Shown: piece by piece, positions 19,024 through 27,538 of the stretch
Layout of the letters: every line of letters begins with the position of its first letter
Numbering within the stretch: the stretch's first letter is position 1
Source: an uncultured Muribaculaceae bacterium
GTDB taxonomy: Bacteria > Bacteroidota > Bacteroidia > Bacteroidales > UBA932
Assembly: GCA_964440865.1 (NCBI GenBank)
Contig: CAYTXA010000001.1
Coordinates: 8,781 to 50,431, forward strand
Length of the DNA stretch: 41,651 nt
Reading direction: 5' to 3'
The notes under the pieces: generated by a model
What the model was told of the DNA's origin: nothing
What the model saw: the letters and a program-made list of their open reading frames with translations, nothing else
Databases searched by the model: none
Made by a program: the position numbers and the translations under genes

Positions 19024-19035
19024 AATACCGAGCCA
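19020..19035 (-). promoter_or_regulatory. Candidate sigma54 -24/-12 promoter facing DUF4783
   Basis: Minus strand reads TGGCTCG-GTAT-TTGCA, one mismatch to consensus, ending 32 nt before the ATG at 18987. Confidence 0.6.
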
Positions 19036-19041
19036 CGTCCT

Positions 19042-19049
19042 TATCTTTG
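19042..19049 (+). promoter_or_regulatory. Primary-sigma -7 box for rlmH
   Basis: TATCTTTG with TTG (19019-19021) 20 nt upstream; lies 9 nt before ATG 19059. Confidence 0.6.
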
Positions 19050-19058
19050 TTTACTGCG

Positions 19059-19532
19059 ATGAAAATCACTTTGCTGACAATGGGGAAGACCGACGTTGGC
19101 TGGGTCCGTGAGGGCCTCGGGATCTATGTCTCGAGACTGTCCCACTATGTGCCTTTCGCACTTGAGGAGATCCGGGAACTGAAGAACGCTTCCTCCCTGT
19201 CGCAGGACCAGATCAAGACGAAAGAGGGGGCTCTTCTCATGTCGAAGGTCAAGCCGTCGGACGAGGTCGTGCTTCTCGACGAGCATGGAAAGGAATACCG
19301 CTCGGTGGAATTTGCCCAGAAGCTGCGCACGTGGATGGCATCCGGCAGCAGGGATCTCGTCTTCATCGTAGGCGGGGCATATGGATTTTCCGATGAAGTC
19401 TACGCAAGAGCCAATTCCATGGTCTCCCTTTCCCGGATGACCTTTTCCCACCAGATGGTCAGGACGATATTCGCCGAGCAGCTCTACAGGGCCATGACGA
19501 TAATAAAGGGAGAACCGTATCACCATGAATGA
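19059..19532 (+). CDS. rlmH: 23S rRNA pseudouridine1915 N3-methyltransferase
   Basis: Motifs LDE.GK...S..FA, F.VGGAYG, SLSRMTFSHQMVR and EQLYRA.TI..G.PYHH. Confidence 0.96.
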   Translation: MKITLLTMGKTDVGWVREGLGIYVSRLSHYVPFALEEIRELKNASSLSQDQIKTKEGALLMSKVKPSDEVVLLDEHGKEYRSVEFAQKLRTWMASGSRDLVFIVGGAYGFSDEVYARANSMVSLSRMTFSHQMVRTIFAEQLYRAMTIIKGEPYHHE

Positions 19533-22500
19533 CAGCAAGATACATTCCTTCCTCGGACTCAACCACTGGCTTGTGCCCGTTGCAGTCGCTGTACTCCTCG
19601 TGCTGGGATCCCTGTTCTCCGGACGGGGCAGTGACATCACGAGCCGGGAGTCGGCGCGCCTTGGGCGCCGGATAGACCGCAGGCTGGACAAGCTCGAAGC
19701 CTACATGGCCGAGACCATGGCCCAGAACCACGCCGAGTGGCCAACCCTCAAGGATTTTCCTTCCGACATGGTGATCTACAGGTATGTGGACGACACGCTG
19801 CAGTCGTGGGTCAACGAATTCACGACAGGCAACGACGACATCCGACACGGGATCTACATCCAGCGCTTCTCGGACCTCGGATATGGCCAGACATCTCAGC
19901 TTTCCGATGCGGATACCTCATACAGGTTCATGAACATGGGTTCGGAGTGGTATCTGGTCAGGAGCATGGAGGATCCGTCCGGGTGCAAGGTCATCGGAGG
20001 ACTTGACGTCAAGTCCGCGCAGGCAGGAGGCACGAACGGGGTGAACCGACGGCTGAAGTTGTCGGACCGGTTCTCCCTGTATGAAATTTCCGAGACGGGA
20101 GGCGCTGCTGTGTCCGTAAGAGGGCGGCCGATGCTGAGGCTGATCCAGGAGAACGTGAGAGCCCTGCCACTGATTCCGAACGAATATCTGCTCTGGATTG
20201 CCGTTTTCCTGATGCTGACGGGAATATTCATGTACACCCACCGGCACAAAACCCTCCGCAGCCTTGCGGTTGCCGAGATTGCCCAGACCCTGTTCCTCGG
20301 GGTGTTCTTCCTGATTTCCAAGGCATTCCAGTCGTCCTATACGCTCTTCTCTCCGACACTTTTCGCCGGAGGCTCGTTCCTTTCCTCCCTCGGGTCGGTG
20401 CTGATAATCAACCTCTGGATTGCGGTCGGCGTCATGCTAGTGTACATGCTGAGGCGGGAACTGCTCAGGAGTACATACGGCAGCGACAAAGGCGAGACAT
20501 GGAAAGGAATCTGTACTGCGTCTTTTGTGCTGGCATTCGTGCTGATATGCGTCTACGGCCACACCTCTTTCCGGAGCATAATCGAGAATTCCAACATCAC
20601 GCTCGAGCTCTACAAGGTCAGCGGGCTTAGCGTGTACACGCTCTGCGTCTACATATCCTATTCCCTCCTGCTTCTGTCCCTTCTGCTGCTGCTCCAGCTT
20701 CTGAGCCCGATAATCCGCCATGGGACAGGAATCCGCTACAGCATGCTGAGAAGGCCGGAGCGGTTCCTCTTCGCGGCGATCGGCACGGTCTACTTCGTGG
20801 CGACGACATCCGTGCTGGGCTTCGACAGGGAGGCCCGCAGGGCGGAAATGCTGGCCAACAGGCTGTCCATGGACAGGGACCTTTCGTTCGAGCTCACTCT
20901 CCGTGGCGCCGAGGGGAGCATCGCCACCGACCCCGTAATCAGCCACATCCTTTCCACGGACCTGGACTACAGGGTCGTGTTCAACAGGATCACGGAGGAC
21001 TATCTCGCGCGCTTCTCCAACGGATACAGCCTCAACATGTACGTGTTCAGGGGCAACGAGGCGGACGGCAGGATCAGGGACGAGCTGCGCAAGAGGGTTT
21101 CCGAAGGGGAGAGGATTTCTCCTGACTCCAGGTTCCTCTACTCCCGATCTGCTTCCGGCAGGGCCCAGTACACCGGGATATTCTCCTACAACGAGTCCAC
21201 TGGTCCCGTGAACCTGCTTCTCAGCCTCGAATCGAAGGCTGGAGCTGCCAAGCGGGGGTATGAGGCCATAGTGGGTGCCAGCTCCGTCGAGGACATCTTT
21301 ACGCGCGCAGCATATTCCCATGCAAGGTATCTCGGCGCACGGCTTGTCAGCTATGAAGGAGACTATGCCTACCCGACGACTCTCTCCGGGGACATGCTCG
21401 AATTCTACGGGACATTCCGGGAGGCCGGGCACTACAGGGACGAGTCCTATATCCATTTCGTGCGCCATATCTCTGACAATGAGTATATTATAGTTTCGCG
21501 CCCGAAGAGGCCGTTCACGCGTTACATGGTCGCGTCCTTCATGACGTACCTGCTCGTTTTCTTCATTCTGAGCATTCCTGCCATGCTGCTCCGCCGCAGG
21601 GGTCCCTTCGAGAAGAACTATTTCCGCCAGAGGATCAACACCGTGCTGTATGTGTCCCTGGTCGGTACTCTCGTCATCATGGCACTTGTCAGCGTGCTCT
21701 TCGTCTATGACCGCAACGAGGCGAATGTCCGGGACCTCATGATCGGGAAGATCGGCACGATCCAGTCGTTCATCGCTTCCAGGGCGAGGTTCTACGACTC
21801 CTACCAGGACATGACCACGCAGGATTTCGAGGACTTCCTCGAGAATGCCGGAACCTACACGAATTCCGACTTAACGCTCTATACCCCGTCCGGAGTGGTT
21901 TTCCGTTCGACGTATCCGGACATCTTCGAGAAGCTTACTGTCAGCCGCAGGCTGGACTACAGGGCATTCCGCAACATAAATTTCCGCTACAGGAGATACT
22001 ACATCCACCGAGATGAAATCTCCGGGCACAAGTACTATGCGATGTTTGCGCCCGTGATGAACGACAGCGGGAAGATGATAGCCATCCTGAGCGCGCCGTA
22101 CACCGACGAGGGTATGGGATTCCGCGACGAGGCGGTGTTCCACGCCTTCTTCATCATCAGCGTGTTCCTGCTGCTGCTGCTCTTCACGAGGTACTTCACT
22201 TCGGCGGTTGTGGACAAGATGTTCCGGCCTCTCGTGGAGATGGGCCGCAGGATGACTTCCGCAAGGAAGGAGGGCCTTGAGTACATCTACTACGACAGGG
22301 AAGACGAAATCTCGACACTTGTGCTGGCATACAACAAGATGGTCCATGGCCTGGCCGAAAGCAGCAAGCAGAGTGCCGAGATAGAGAGGGACAAGGCATG
22401 GAGCCAGATGGCCCGCCAGGTGGCGCATGAGATCAAGAACCCGCTGACCCCTATCCGACTCCAGATCCAGAGGATCATCCGCCTGAAGGAGAAGCACGCT

Positions 22501-23106
22501 CCCGACTGGGAGCAGAAGTTCGATTCCATCGCTCCCGTGATTCTCGAAAGCATCGAGGTGCTGACGGACACGGCCAACGAGTTCTCGACATTCGCAAAGC
22601 TCTACACGGAGGATTCGGTGGAGATCAACCTCGATGAGATGGCTTCCGGCCAGATAGCGCTTTTCAGCGACAAGGACAATGTCACGTTCCAGTATTTCGG
22701 ACTGCGCGATGCCGTCATCTCCGGCCCCAAACCTCAGCTGACCAGGGTGTTCGTGAATCTGCTGACCAATTCCGTCCAGGCCATAGAGAACATGCAGAAA
22801 GATTCCAGGGAAAAGGGCGAGGAACCGGTCCACGGATATGTCACCCTCTCCATCCGCAAGAGCATGAAAGACGGCTTCTACGACATTGTGGTTGAGGACA
22901 ATGGCCCTGGAGTAAAGGATGAGGACAGGGTACATCTCTTCACCCCGAACTTCACCACCAAGACCTCCGGCTCAGGCCTTGGGCTCGCGATCTGCAAGAA
23001 CATTCTCGAACGCTGCGGCGGGGAGATTTCCTATTCCAAGTCGTTCGCCCTCGGCGGCGCCTGCTTCACGGTGCGCTACCCTATGCCCCCGAAAAATACC
23101 AAATAG
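19525..23106 (+). CDS. Large multi-TM sensor histidine kinase (NtrY-like HisKA/HATPase)
   Basis: H-box WSQMARQVAHEIKNPLTP, N-box NLLTNSVQA, DNGPG, FTPNFTTK.SGSGLGL, a HAMP-like DEI segment and many hydrophobic helices; 8-nt overlap with rlmH. Confidence 0.92.
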   Translation: MNDSKIHSFLGLNHWLVPVAVAVLLVLGSLFSGRGSDITSRESARLGRRIDRRLDKLEAYMAETMAQNHAEWPTLKDFPSDMVIYRYVDDTLQSWVNEFTTGNDDIRHGIYIQRFSDLGYGQTSQLSDADTSYRFMNMGSEWYLVRSMEDPSGCKVIGGLDVKSAQAGGTNGVNRRLKLSDRFSLYEISETGGAAVSVRGRPMLRLIQENVRALPLIPNEYLLWIAVFLMLTGIFMYTHRHKTLRSLAVAEIAQTLFLGVFFLISKAFQSSYTLFSPTLFAGGSFLSSLGSVLIINLWIAVGVMLVYMLRRELLRSTYGSDKGETWKGICTASFVLAFVLICVYGHTSFRSIIENSNITLELYKVSGLSVYTLCVYISYSLLLLSLLLLLQLLSPIIRHGTGIRYSMLRRPERFLFAAIGTVYFVATTSVLGFDREARRAEMLANRLSMDRDLSFELTLRGAEGSIATDPVISHILSTDLDYRVVFNRITEDYLARFSNGYSLNMYVFRGNEADGRIRDELRKRVSEGERISPDSRFLYSRSASGRAQYTGIFSYNESTGPVNLLLSLESKAGAAKRGYEAIVGASSVEDIFTRAAYSHARYLGARLVSYEGDYAYPTTLSGDMLEFYGTFREAGHYRDESYIHFVRHISDNEYIIVSRPKRPFTRYMVASFMTYLLVFFILSIPAMLLRRRGPFEKNYFRQRINTVLYVSLVGTLVIMALVSVLFVYDRNEANVRDLMIGKIGTIQSFIASRARFYDSYQDMTTQDFEDFLENAGTYTNSDLTLYTPSGVVFRSTYPDIFEKLTVSRRLDYRAFRNINFRYRRYYIHRDEISGHKYYAMFAPVMNDSGKMIAILSAPYTDEGMGFRDEAVFHAFFIISVFLLLLLFTRYFTSAVVDKMFRPLVEMGRRMTSARKEGLEYIYYDREDEISTLVLAYNKMVHGLAESSKQSAEIERDKAWSQMARQVAHEIKNPLTPIRLQIQRIIRLKEKHAPDWEQKFDSIAPVILESIEVLTDTANEFSTFAKLYTEDSVEINLDEMASGQIALFSDKDNVTFQYFGLRDAVISGPKPQLTRVFVNLLTNSVQAIENMQKDSREKGEEPVHGYVTLSIRKSMKDGFYDIVVEDNGPGVKDEDRVHLFTPNFTTKTSGSGLGLAICKNILERCGGEISYSKSFALGGACFTVRYPMPPKNTK

Positions 23107-23112
23107 TGGGGA

Positions 23113-23143
23113 TTGTGCCTATGGCGGGGCGGAAATAATTTTG
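23113..23143 (+). promoter_or_regulatory. -33/-7 promoter for the ABC module
   Basis: TTG at 23113-23115, a 20-nt spacer, then TAATTTTG at 23136-23143. Confidence 0.55.
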
Positions 23144-23165
23144 TCCGCTTTAAAGTTTGTGCACA

Positions 23166-24071
23166 ATGACAGAAGAACCAGTGATCCAGTGCGATCACCT
23201 GACCCACTACTATGGCAGCCGGAGGATCTACGAGAATCTCTCCTTCGAAGTAGGGAAGGGGAGGATAACCGGACTGCTCGGAAAGAACGGGACAGGCAAG
23301 ACAACGACCATCAACATCCTGATGGGATACCTCCAGCCGGTGTCCGGGGCATGCCGGATATTCGGGGAGGAGGTCGGACACATGACTGCTGCGACCCGGT
23401 CGCGGATTGCGCTCCTGCTCGAAGGCCATGTGCAGTACTCGTTCATGACAATCGAACAGATAGAACGCTACTACTCGGCGTTCTACCCGAAATGGAACAG
23501 GGACGCCTACTACGGGCTCATGTCCAAGCTGAAAGTCGCCCCGGGACAGAAGATTTCCCGCATGTCCAACGGACAGCGCTCTCAGGTTGCCCTCGGGCTC
23601 ATCCTTGCCCAGAATCCGGATCTGTTCGTGCTTGACGACTTCTCGCTCGGACTCGACCCCGGCTACAGGAGGCTTTTCTCGGAGTACCTGCGCGAATATG
23701 CCAAGGCGGAGGGGAAGACGGTGTTCCTGACTTCCCACATCATCCAGGACATCGAGCGGCTTGTCGACGACTGCATCATCATGGACTACGGGTCCATCCT
23801 CCTGCAGAAACCTGTCAGGTGGCTGATGGACAATTTCATGAGGTATACTTTCAATACATCCGCGACGGAATTGCCCGCGATGGAAGGCGTTTTCAATCCG
23901 GAGGTCATCCGCGGACACGGAGAGCTCTACTCGTTCCTTTCCCGCGAGGAAGTGGCGCAGAAGCTTGAGGGACAGGGTGTTCCGTTCGACCAGCTCGAGG
24001 GCGGCAAGATGAGGATATCTTCATCGGACTTACAGGAAAATATTAGTCATGGTCAAGGCAATAATATATAA
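23166..24071 (+). CDS. ABC transporter ATP-binding protein; probable frameshift near 24010, native stop probably 24046
   Basis: Motifs GKNGTGKTT, MSNGQRSQ, LDDFSLGLDP and LTSH; an alternative frame gives EDIFIGLTGKY-stop, ending 2 nt before the next ATG. Confidence 0.88.
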   Translation: MTEEPVIQCDHLTHYYGSRRIYENLSFEVGKGRITGLLGKNGTGKTTTINILMGYLQPVSGACRIFGEEVGHMTAATRSRIALLLEGHVQYSFMTIEQIERYYSAFYPKWNRDAYYGLMSKLKVAPGQKISRMSNGQRSQVALGLILAQNPDLFVLDDFSLGLDPGYRRLFSEYLREYAKAEGKTVFLTSHIIQDIERLVDDCIIMDYGSILLQKPVRWLMDNFMRYTFNTSATELPAMEGVFNPEVIRGHGELYSFLSREEVAQKLEGQGVPFDQLEGGKMRISSSDLQENISHGQGNNI

Positions 24072-24720
24072 AGAATGGCTGAAGTCGAGGTGGTATCTCC
24101 TCGGCATAGTCCTGATGACAGTCGTTGCCGCGGCTTTCAGCTTTGTCAATCTCGGAAAGATTTTCCAGTTCAGCGGGGCTGCGCCGGTCTGGTCCACCCT
24201 TGTCTACAAGGACACTACATTCATGGAAAACCTGAAGTCCCTTCCGCTGCTGTCGGGGATAGCGCTCGCAGTGGCGCAATGGGTCCCGGAGATGAACCGC
24301 AAGTGCCTGAAACTCACACTCCATCTCCCATATCCCAGGGGCAGGATGATTCTCATGATGTACCTGTACGGCGTGATTTCGCTTGCCATCTTGTTCTGCA
24401 TCGTCGCTCTTGCCGCCGCGCTTTTCCTGGGGCACTATTTCCCCCACGAGCTCACGGGGAGGATAATCATGACCATGATTCCGTGGTATCTTGCCGGATT
24501 CGCAGGCTATCTCTGGACGTCCGGCCTCGTGACGGAGCCAACATGGTCGGCCCGGGTGCTGATACTCCTTCTTCTCGCCGGATTCGTCAGGCTGGCGTTC
24601 ATCTCGACCGTGCCGGAATCCTACAATGGCTTCCTTCCGCTGATGACCGTGTTCGTCCTCTGCGGACAGCTTATCTTGTTCCACAGCATAGCCAGGTTCA
24701 GGGAGGGCCTTCAGGACTGA
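24049..24720 (+). CDS. Probable ABC-2-type permease (integral membrane protein)
   Basis: Begins AIIYKEWLK; about six hydrophobic helices; PE...K.LKLTLHLP loop; follows the ATPase gene. Confidence 0.75.
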   Translation: MVKAIIYKEWLKSRWYLLGIVLMTVVAAAFSFVNLGKIFQFSGAAPVWSTLVYKDTTFMENLKSLPLLSGIALAVAQWVPEMNRKCLKLTLHLPYPRGRMILMMYLYGVISLAILFCIVALAAALFLGHYFPHELTGRIIMTMIPWYLAGFAGYLWTSGLVTEPTWSARVLILLLLAGFVRLAFISTVPESYNGFLPLMTVFVLCGQLILFHSIARFREGLQD

Positions 24721-24724
24721 TATC

Positions 24725-25912
24725 ATGAAAAAAGCAGGAAGAATTTTCTTGACTCTGTCGTTTGCGCTGCTTGCCGCATGGATAATCCCATGGGCGCTAC
24801 GCCTCGTATCGCTCAAGCCCCATTCCATGCCCTTCACCCTCTGGAGTGCGGTCGTGGACGATTTCGTGTCGCTCGACAACAAGGGCAACGACTGGCGGTT
24901 CACCGACACGAAGGGCAATGAATGGGTCGGCGACACCTCCGATTTCGTACTGCCGCTCTACTACTCGTCCGACGTGATATCCCGCGGAGACATGCCTGAT
25001 TCCCTCGGCGGGAAGAAGATCACGGCAGACGAGATCGAGCGCAACCGCGTGATAATGACAAATGAACCTTCGAACCTGGAGAAGGTGACGCCGAGGGTGT
25101 ACCTCCTGATGGAGTCCGAACCCAGGCGCTCTTCCCTCCAGGGTGCTGAGATGGCGATGGTTTCGAGAAAGGATGGACTCCACATTTTCAGGATGGAAGG
25201 GAATGCCGAGGACAAGGCCCTTTCCGCCGAGTTCAACAAGGCCCTTGACGGTTTTGTCCATCCGGTGGCTATGGCTTCCGGCAATCCCTCCGACAGGAAA
25301 TCCTACGACGAGGGCTGGCTGTTCGTGGATTCCGCCGGCGCCCTCTGGCACGTAAAGCTCCAGGGAGGACATCCGTTCGCGGAGAAATTTTCTTTCCCCG
25401 GAGCTCTACCGATCCAGGGCATAATGATCACGGAGCAGGAGAACAGGGCAACGCTCGGCTACATCACCGATGCGAAGGGGACACTCTGGATGCTCCGCCC
25501 GGGCGGAGAGTTCGTCAGCACGGCCGTGAAATATACTCCTTCCGAGGACGAAATCATGGTCATCGGGGACATGCTGAACTACACGGTCAGCATAAACGGA
25601 GACGGGGGAGTCACGTACTACGCCCTCGATGCGGACGATTTCTCGCTTGTGGACACGCTCCACAGGGAATTCCCCGAGAGCCGGCCTCCGGTCGTGGCAT
25701 CTGCCCTTCTCCCGGCGAGGCTGTGGTTCGTGTCGGGAGACGACGGCTATGTCCGCCCCAGGGTTTCCGACTTCTCGTGGCCAGCTCTGATACTCAACGT
25801 ATTACTTGCCTGTGCCTGGGGCATTTTCGCAAAAAGGAGAAAATATCGCTGGCTGGATTTCCCGGCAATCGTCGTCGGCGGAATTTTACTGCCATTCCGC
25901 TCTGGTTGTTGA
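24725..25912 (+). CDS. DUF4857-like membrane-anchored protein; probable frameshift near 25885, native stop probably 25920
   Basis: N-terminal TM helix, large soluble domain (PFTLWS, LP.YY, GNP..RK.YDEG) and C-terminal TM helices; family name is from recall. Confidence 0.7.
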   Translation: MKKAGRIFLTLSFALLAAWIIPWALRLVSLKPHSMPFTLWSAVVDDFVSLDNKGNDWRFTDTKGNEWVGDTSDFVLPLYYSSDVISRGDMPDSLGGKKITADEIERNRVIMTNEPSNLEKVTPRVYLLMESEPRRSSLQGAEMAMVSRKDGLHIFRMEGNAEDKALSAEFNKALDGFVHPVAMASGNPSDRKSYDEGWLFVDSAGALWHVKLQGGHPFAEKFSFPGALPIQGIMITEQENRATLGYITDAKGTLWMLRPGGEFVSTAVKYTPSEDEIMVIGDMLNYTVSINGDGGVTYYALDADDFSLVDTLHREFPESRPPVVASALLPARLWFVSGDDGYVRPRVSDFSWPALILNVLLACAWGIFAKRRKYRWLDFPAIVVGGILLPFRSGC

Positions 25913-25934
25913 GAGAATAATGATAGAAATTCCG

Positions 25935-25942
25935 TATCTTTG
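25935..25942 (+). promoter_or_regulatory. -7 box upstream of xseA
   Basis: TATCTTTG 7 nt before the in-frame ATG at 25950. Confidence 0.55.
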
Positions 25943-25949
25943 GAATGCC

Positions 25950-27341
25950 ATGGATAGCGGAATAGAATACATAGACCTTCTGACCCTCCAGCGCAACATC
26001 AAGGCTGCGCTGGAGGGTACTTTTCGCCAGAGTGTCTGGGTGAAGGCTGAGATCAGCAGCCTCAAGGTCGCTTCCGTCGGCCACTGCTACCTCGAACTGT
26101 CCCAGAACGGACCGCGGGGCGTGACGGCAAAGTGCAGGGCGACGATATGGAGCAGCAGATACTATACGATAAGCCAGCATTTCCGCTCTGTGACCGGGTC
26201 GCCGCTGGCTGTGGGGCAGGAGATCCTTGCCTTGTGCCAGGTCTCCTATCATGAAATCTACGGCCTTTCCATAAACATCACCGATGTCAACCCGGAGTTT
26301 ACCCTGGGCGCCGGGGAAGCTCTCCGCCGCCAGACGATAGAGAGGCTGCGCAGGGAAGGGCTCATGGACGTGCAGAAGAGACTGAGGCTTGGTGCGCTGC
26401 CCTACAGGCTTGCCGTCGTCTCCGCGGAGACTGCGGCAGGATACGGAGATTTCCGCAGGCACCTGCTGGAGAATGAGTATGGATTTGCCTACGATCCCGT
26501 CCTGTTCCCGGCAACCATGCAAGGCAAGGACGCTCCCGCGTCCATTGTCGCCGCTATGCGCTCCGTGGAGTCGTCTCCCCTCCCGTTCGATGCGCTCCTG
26601 ATCCTTCGCGGAGGAGGCTCCGACCTGGACCTGGCGTGCTTCGACGACTATTCCCTCGCGGTTGCCATCGCCCGTTTCCCGATTCCCGTGTTCACCGCCA
26701 TCGGCCATGACCGGGACAACCATGTCGCGGACATGGTCGCCAACACTTCCGTAAAGACCCCGACGGCGCTTGCGGACCTGTTCGTGGATGCGACTGCGCG
26801 CGAAGACGAGAGGATTTCTTCCGTGGAAAACCGCCTCAGGGTGGCGTTCTCTTCCCGGATCGAAGCCTGCGACGCTCTTGTGCTTAGCCTCGAGCAGAGG
26901 ATAACGGGCGGGGCGAATGCCTTGCTGGAGAAGGAGAACCATGCCCTCGAGATGCTTTCCAGGACCATGTCCTCCTACCTCATGAACCGTCTCGTGACCC
27001 TGAACTACAAGGTCTCCAACTACGAGTCCACGATCCGCAGCAAGGTCGACTCGAAGCTGCTGACTTCGGATTCCGATTTCGAGAAGACGAGAAGGCGCAT
27101 CTCCCACGCTGCCGCGCTGAGGCTTTCTGCGGGGGAGAACGAAGTCAACATGCTGGAAACCAGGATCGTGATGTCCGACCCGAGGAACATCCTGAAGAAA
27201 GGCTACTCCATGGTGCTGGACAGCAAGGGGGTCAAGATTTCCTCTACCGGGGGAAGGGTTCCGGGGGACAAGATTTCCGTGATGATGCCGGACGGCAGGA
27301 TGTACTGTACCGTGGACGAAATTAAAAGAGAAACCAATTAA
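25950..27341 (+). CDS. xseA: Exodeoxyribonuclease VII large subunit
   Basis: Motifs WVKAEIS, GHCYLEL, RGGGS..DL..FD, TAIGH..D, TPTA and P..ILKKGYS; start set at ATG 25950, with 25920 possible. Confidence 0.93.
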   Translation: MDSGIEYIDLLTLQRNIKAALEGTFRQSVWVKAEISSLKVASVGHCYLELSQNGPRGVTAKCRATIWSSRYYTISQHFRSVTGSPLAVGQEILALCQVSYHEIYGLSINITDVNPEFTLGAGEALRRQTIERLRREGLMDVQKRLRLGALPYRLAVVSAETAAGYGDFRRHLLENEYGFAYDPVLFPATMQGKDAPASIVAAMRSVESSPLPFDALLILRGGGSDLDLACFDDYSLAVAIARFPIPVFTAIGHDRDNHVADMVANTSVKTPTALADLFVDATAREDERISSVENRLRVAFSSRIEACDALVLSLEQRITGGANALLEKENHALEMLSRTMSSYLMNRLVTLNYKVSNYESTIRSKVDSKLLTSDSDFEKTRRRISHAAALRLSAGENEVNMLETRIVMSDPRNILKKGYSMVLDSKGVKISSTGGRVPGDKISVMMPDGRMYCTVDEIKRETN

Positions 27342-27352
27342 TACTATCAGGG

Positions 27353-27538
27353 ATGGCTGATTTTGACTATACAAAGGCGATGGCGGAACTCTCCGAGATC
27401 GCCGCGAAAGTGGAAGACCCGAAAACGAGTCTGGACGACATTGGCGCGCTCGTGAAGCGTTCGAGGACGCTCGTGAAGCAGTGCAGGGAATATCTGAGGT
27501 CCGTCCGCGAGACCCTGGACAGCGAGGAGGACGCGTGA
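27353..27538 (+). CDS. xseB: Exodeoxyribonuclease VII small subunit
   Basis: 61 aa, pattern Y..AM.EL..I...VE....SLD........L...C...L; directly after xseA. Confidence 0.9.
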   Translation: MADFDYTKAMAELSEIAAKVEDPKTSLDDIGALVKRSRTLVKQCREYLRSVRETLDSEEDA

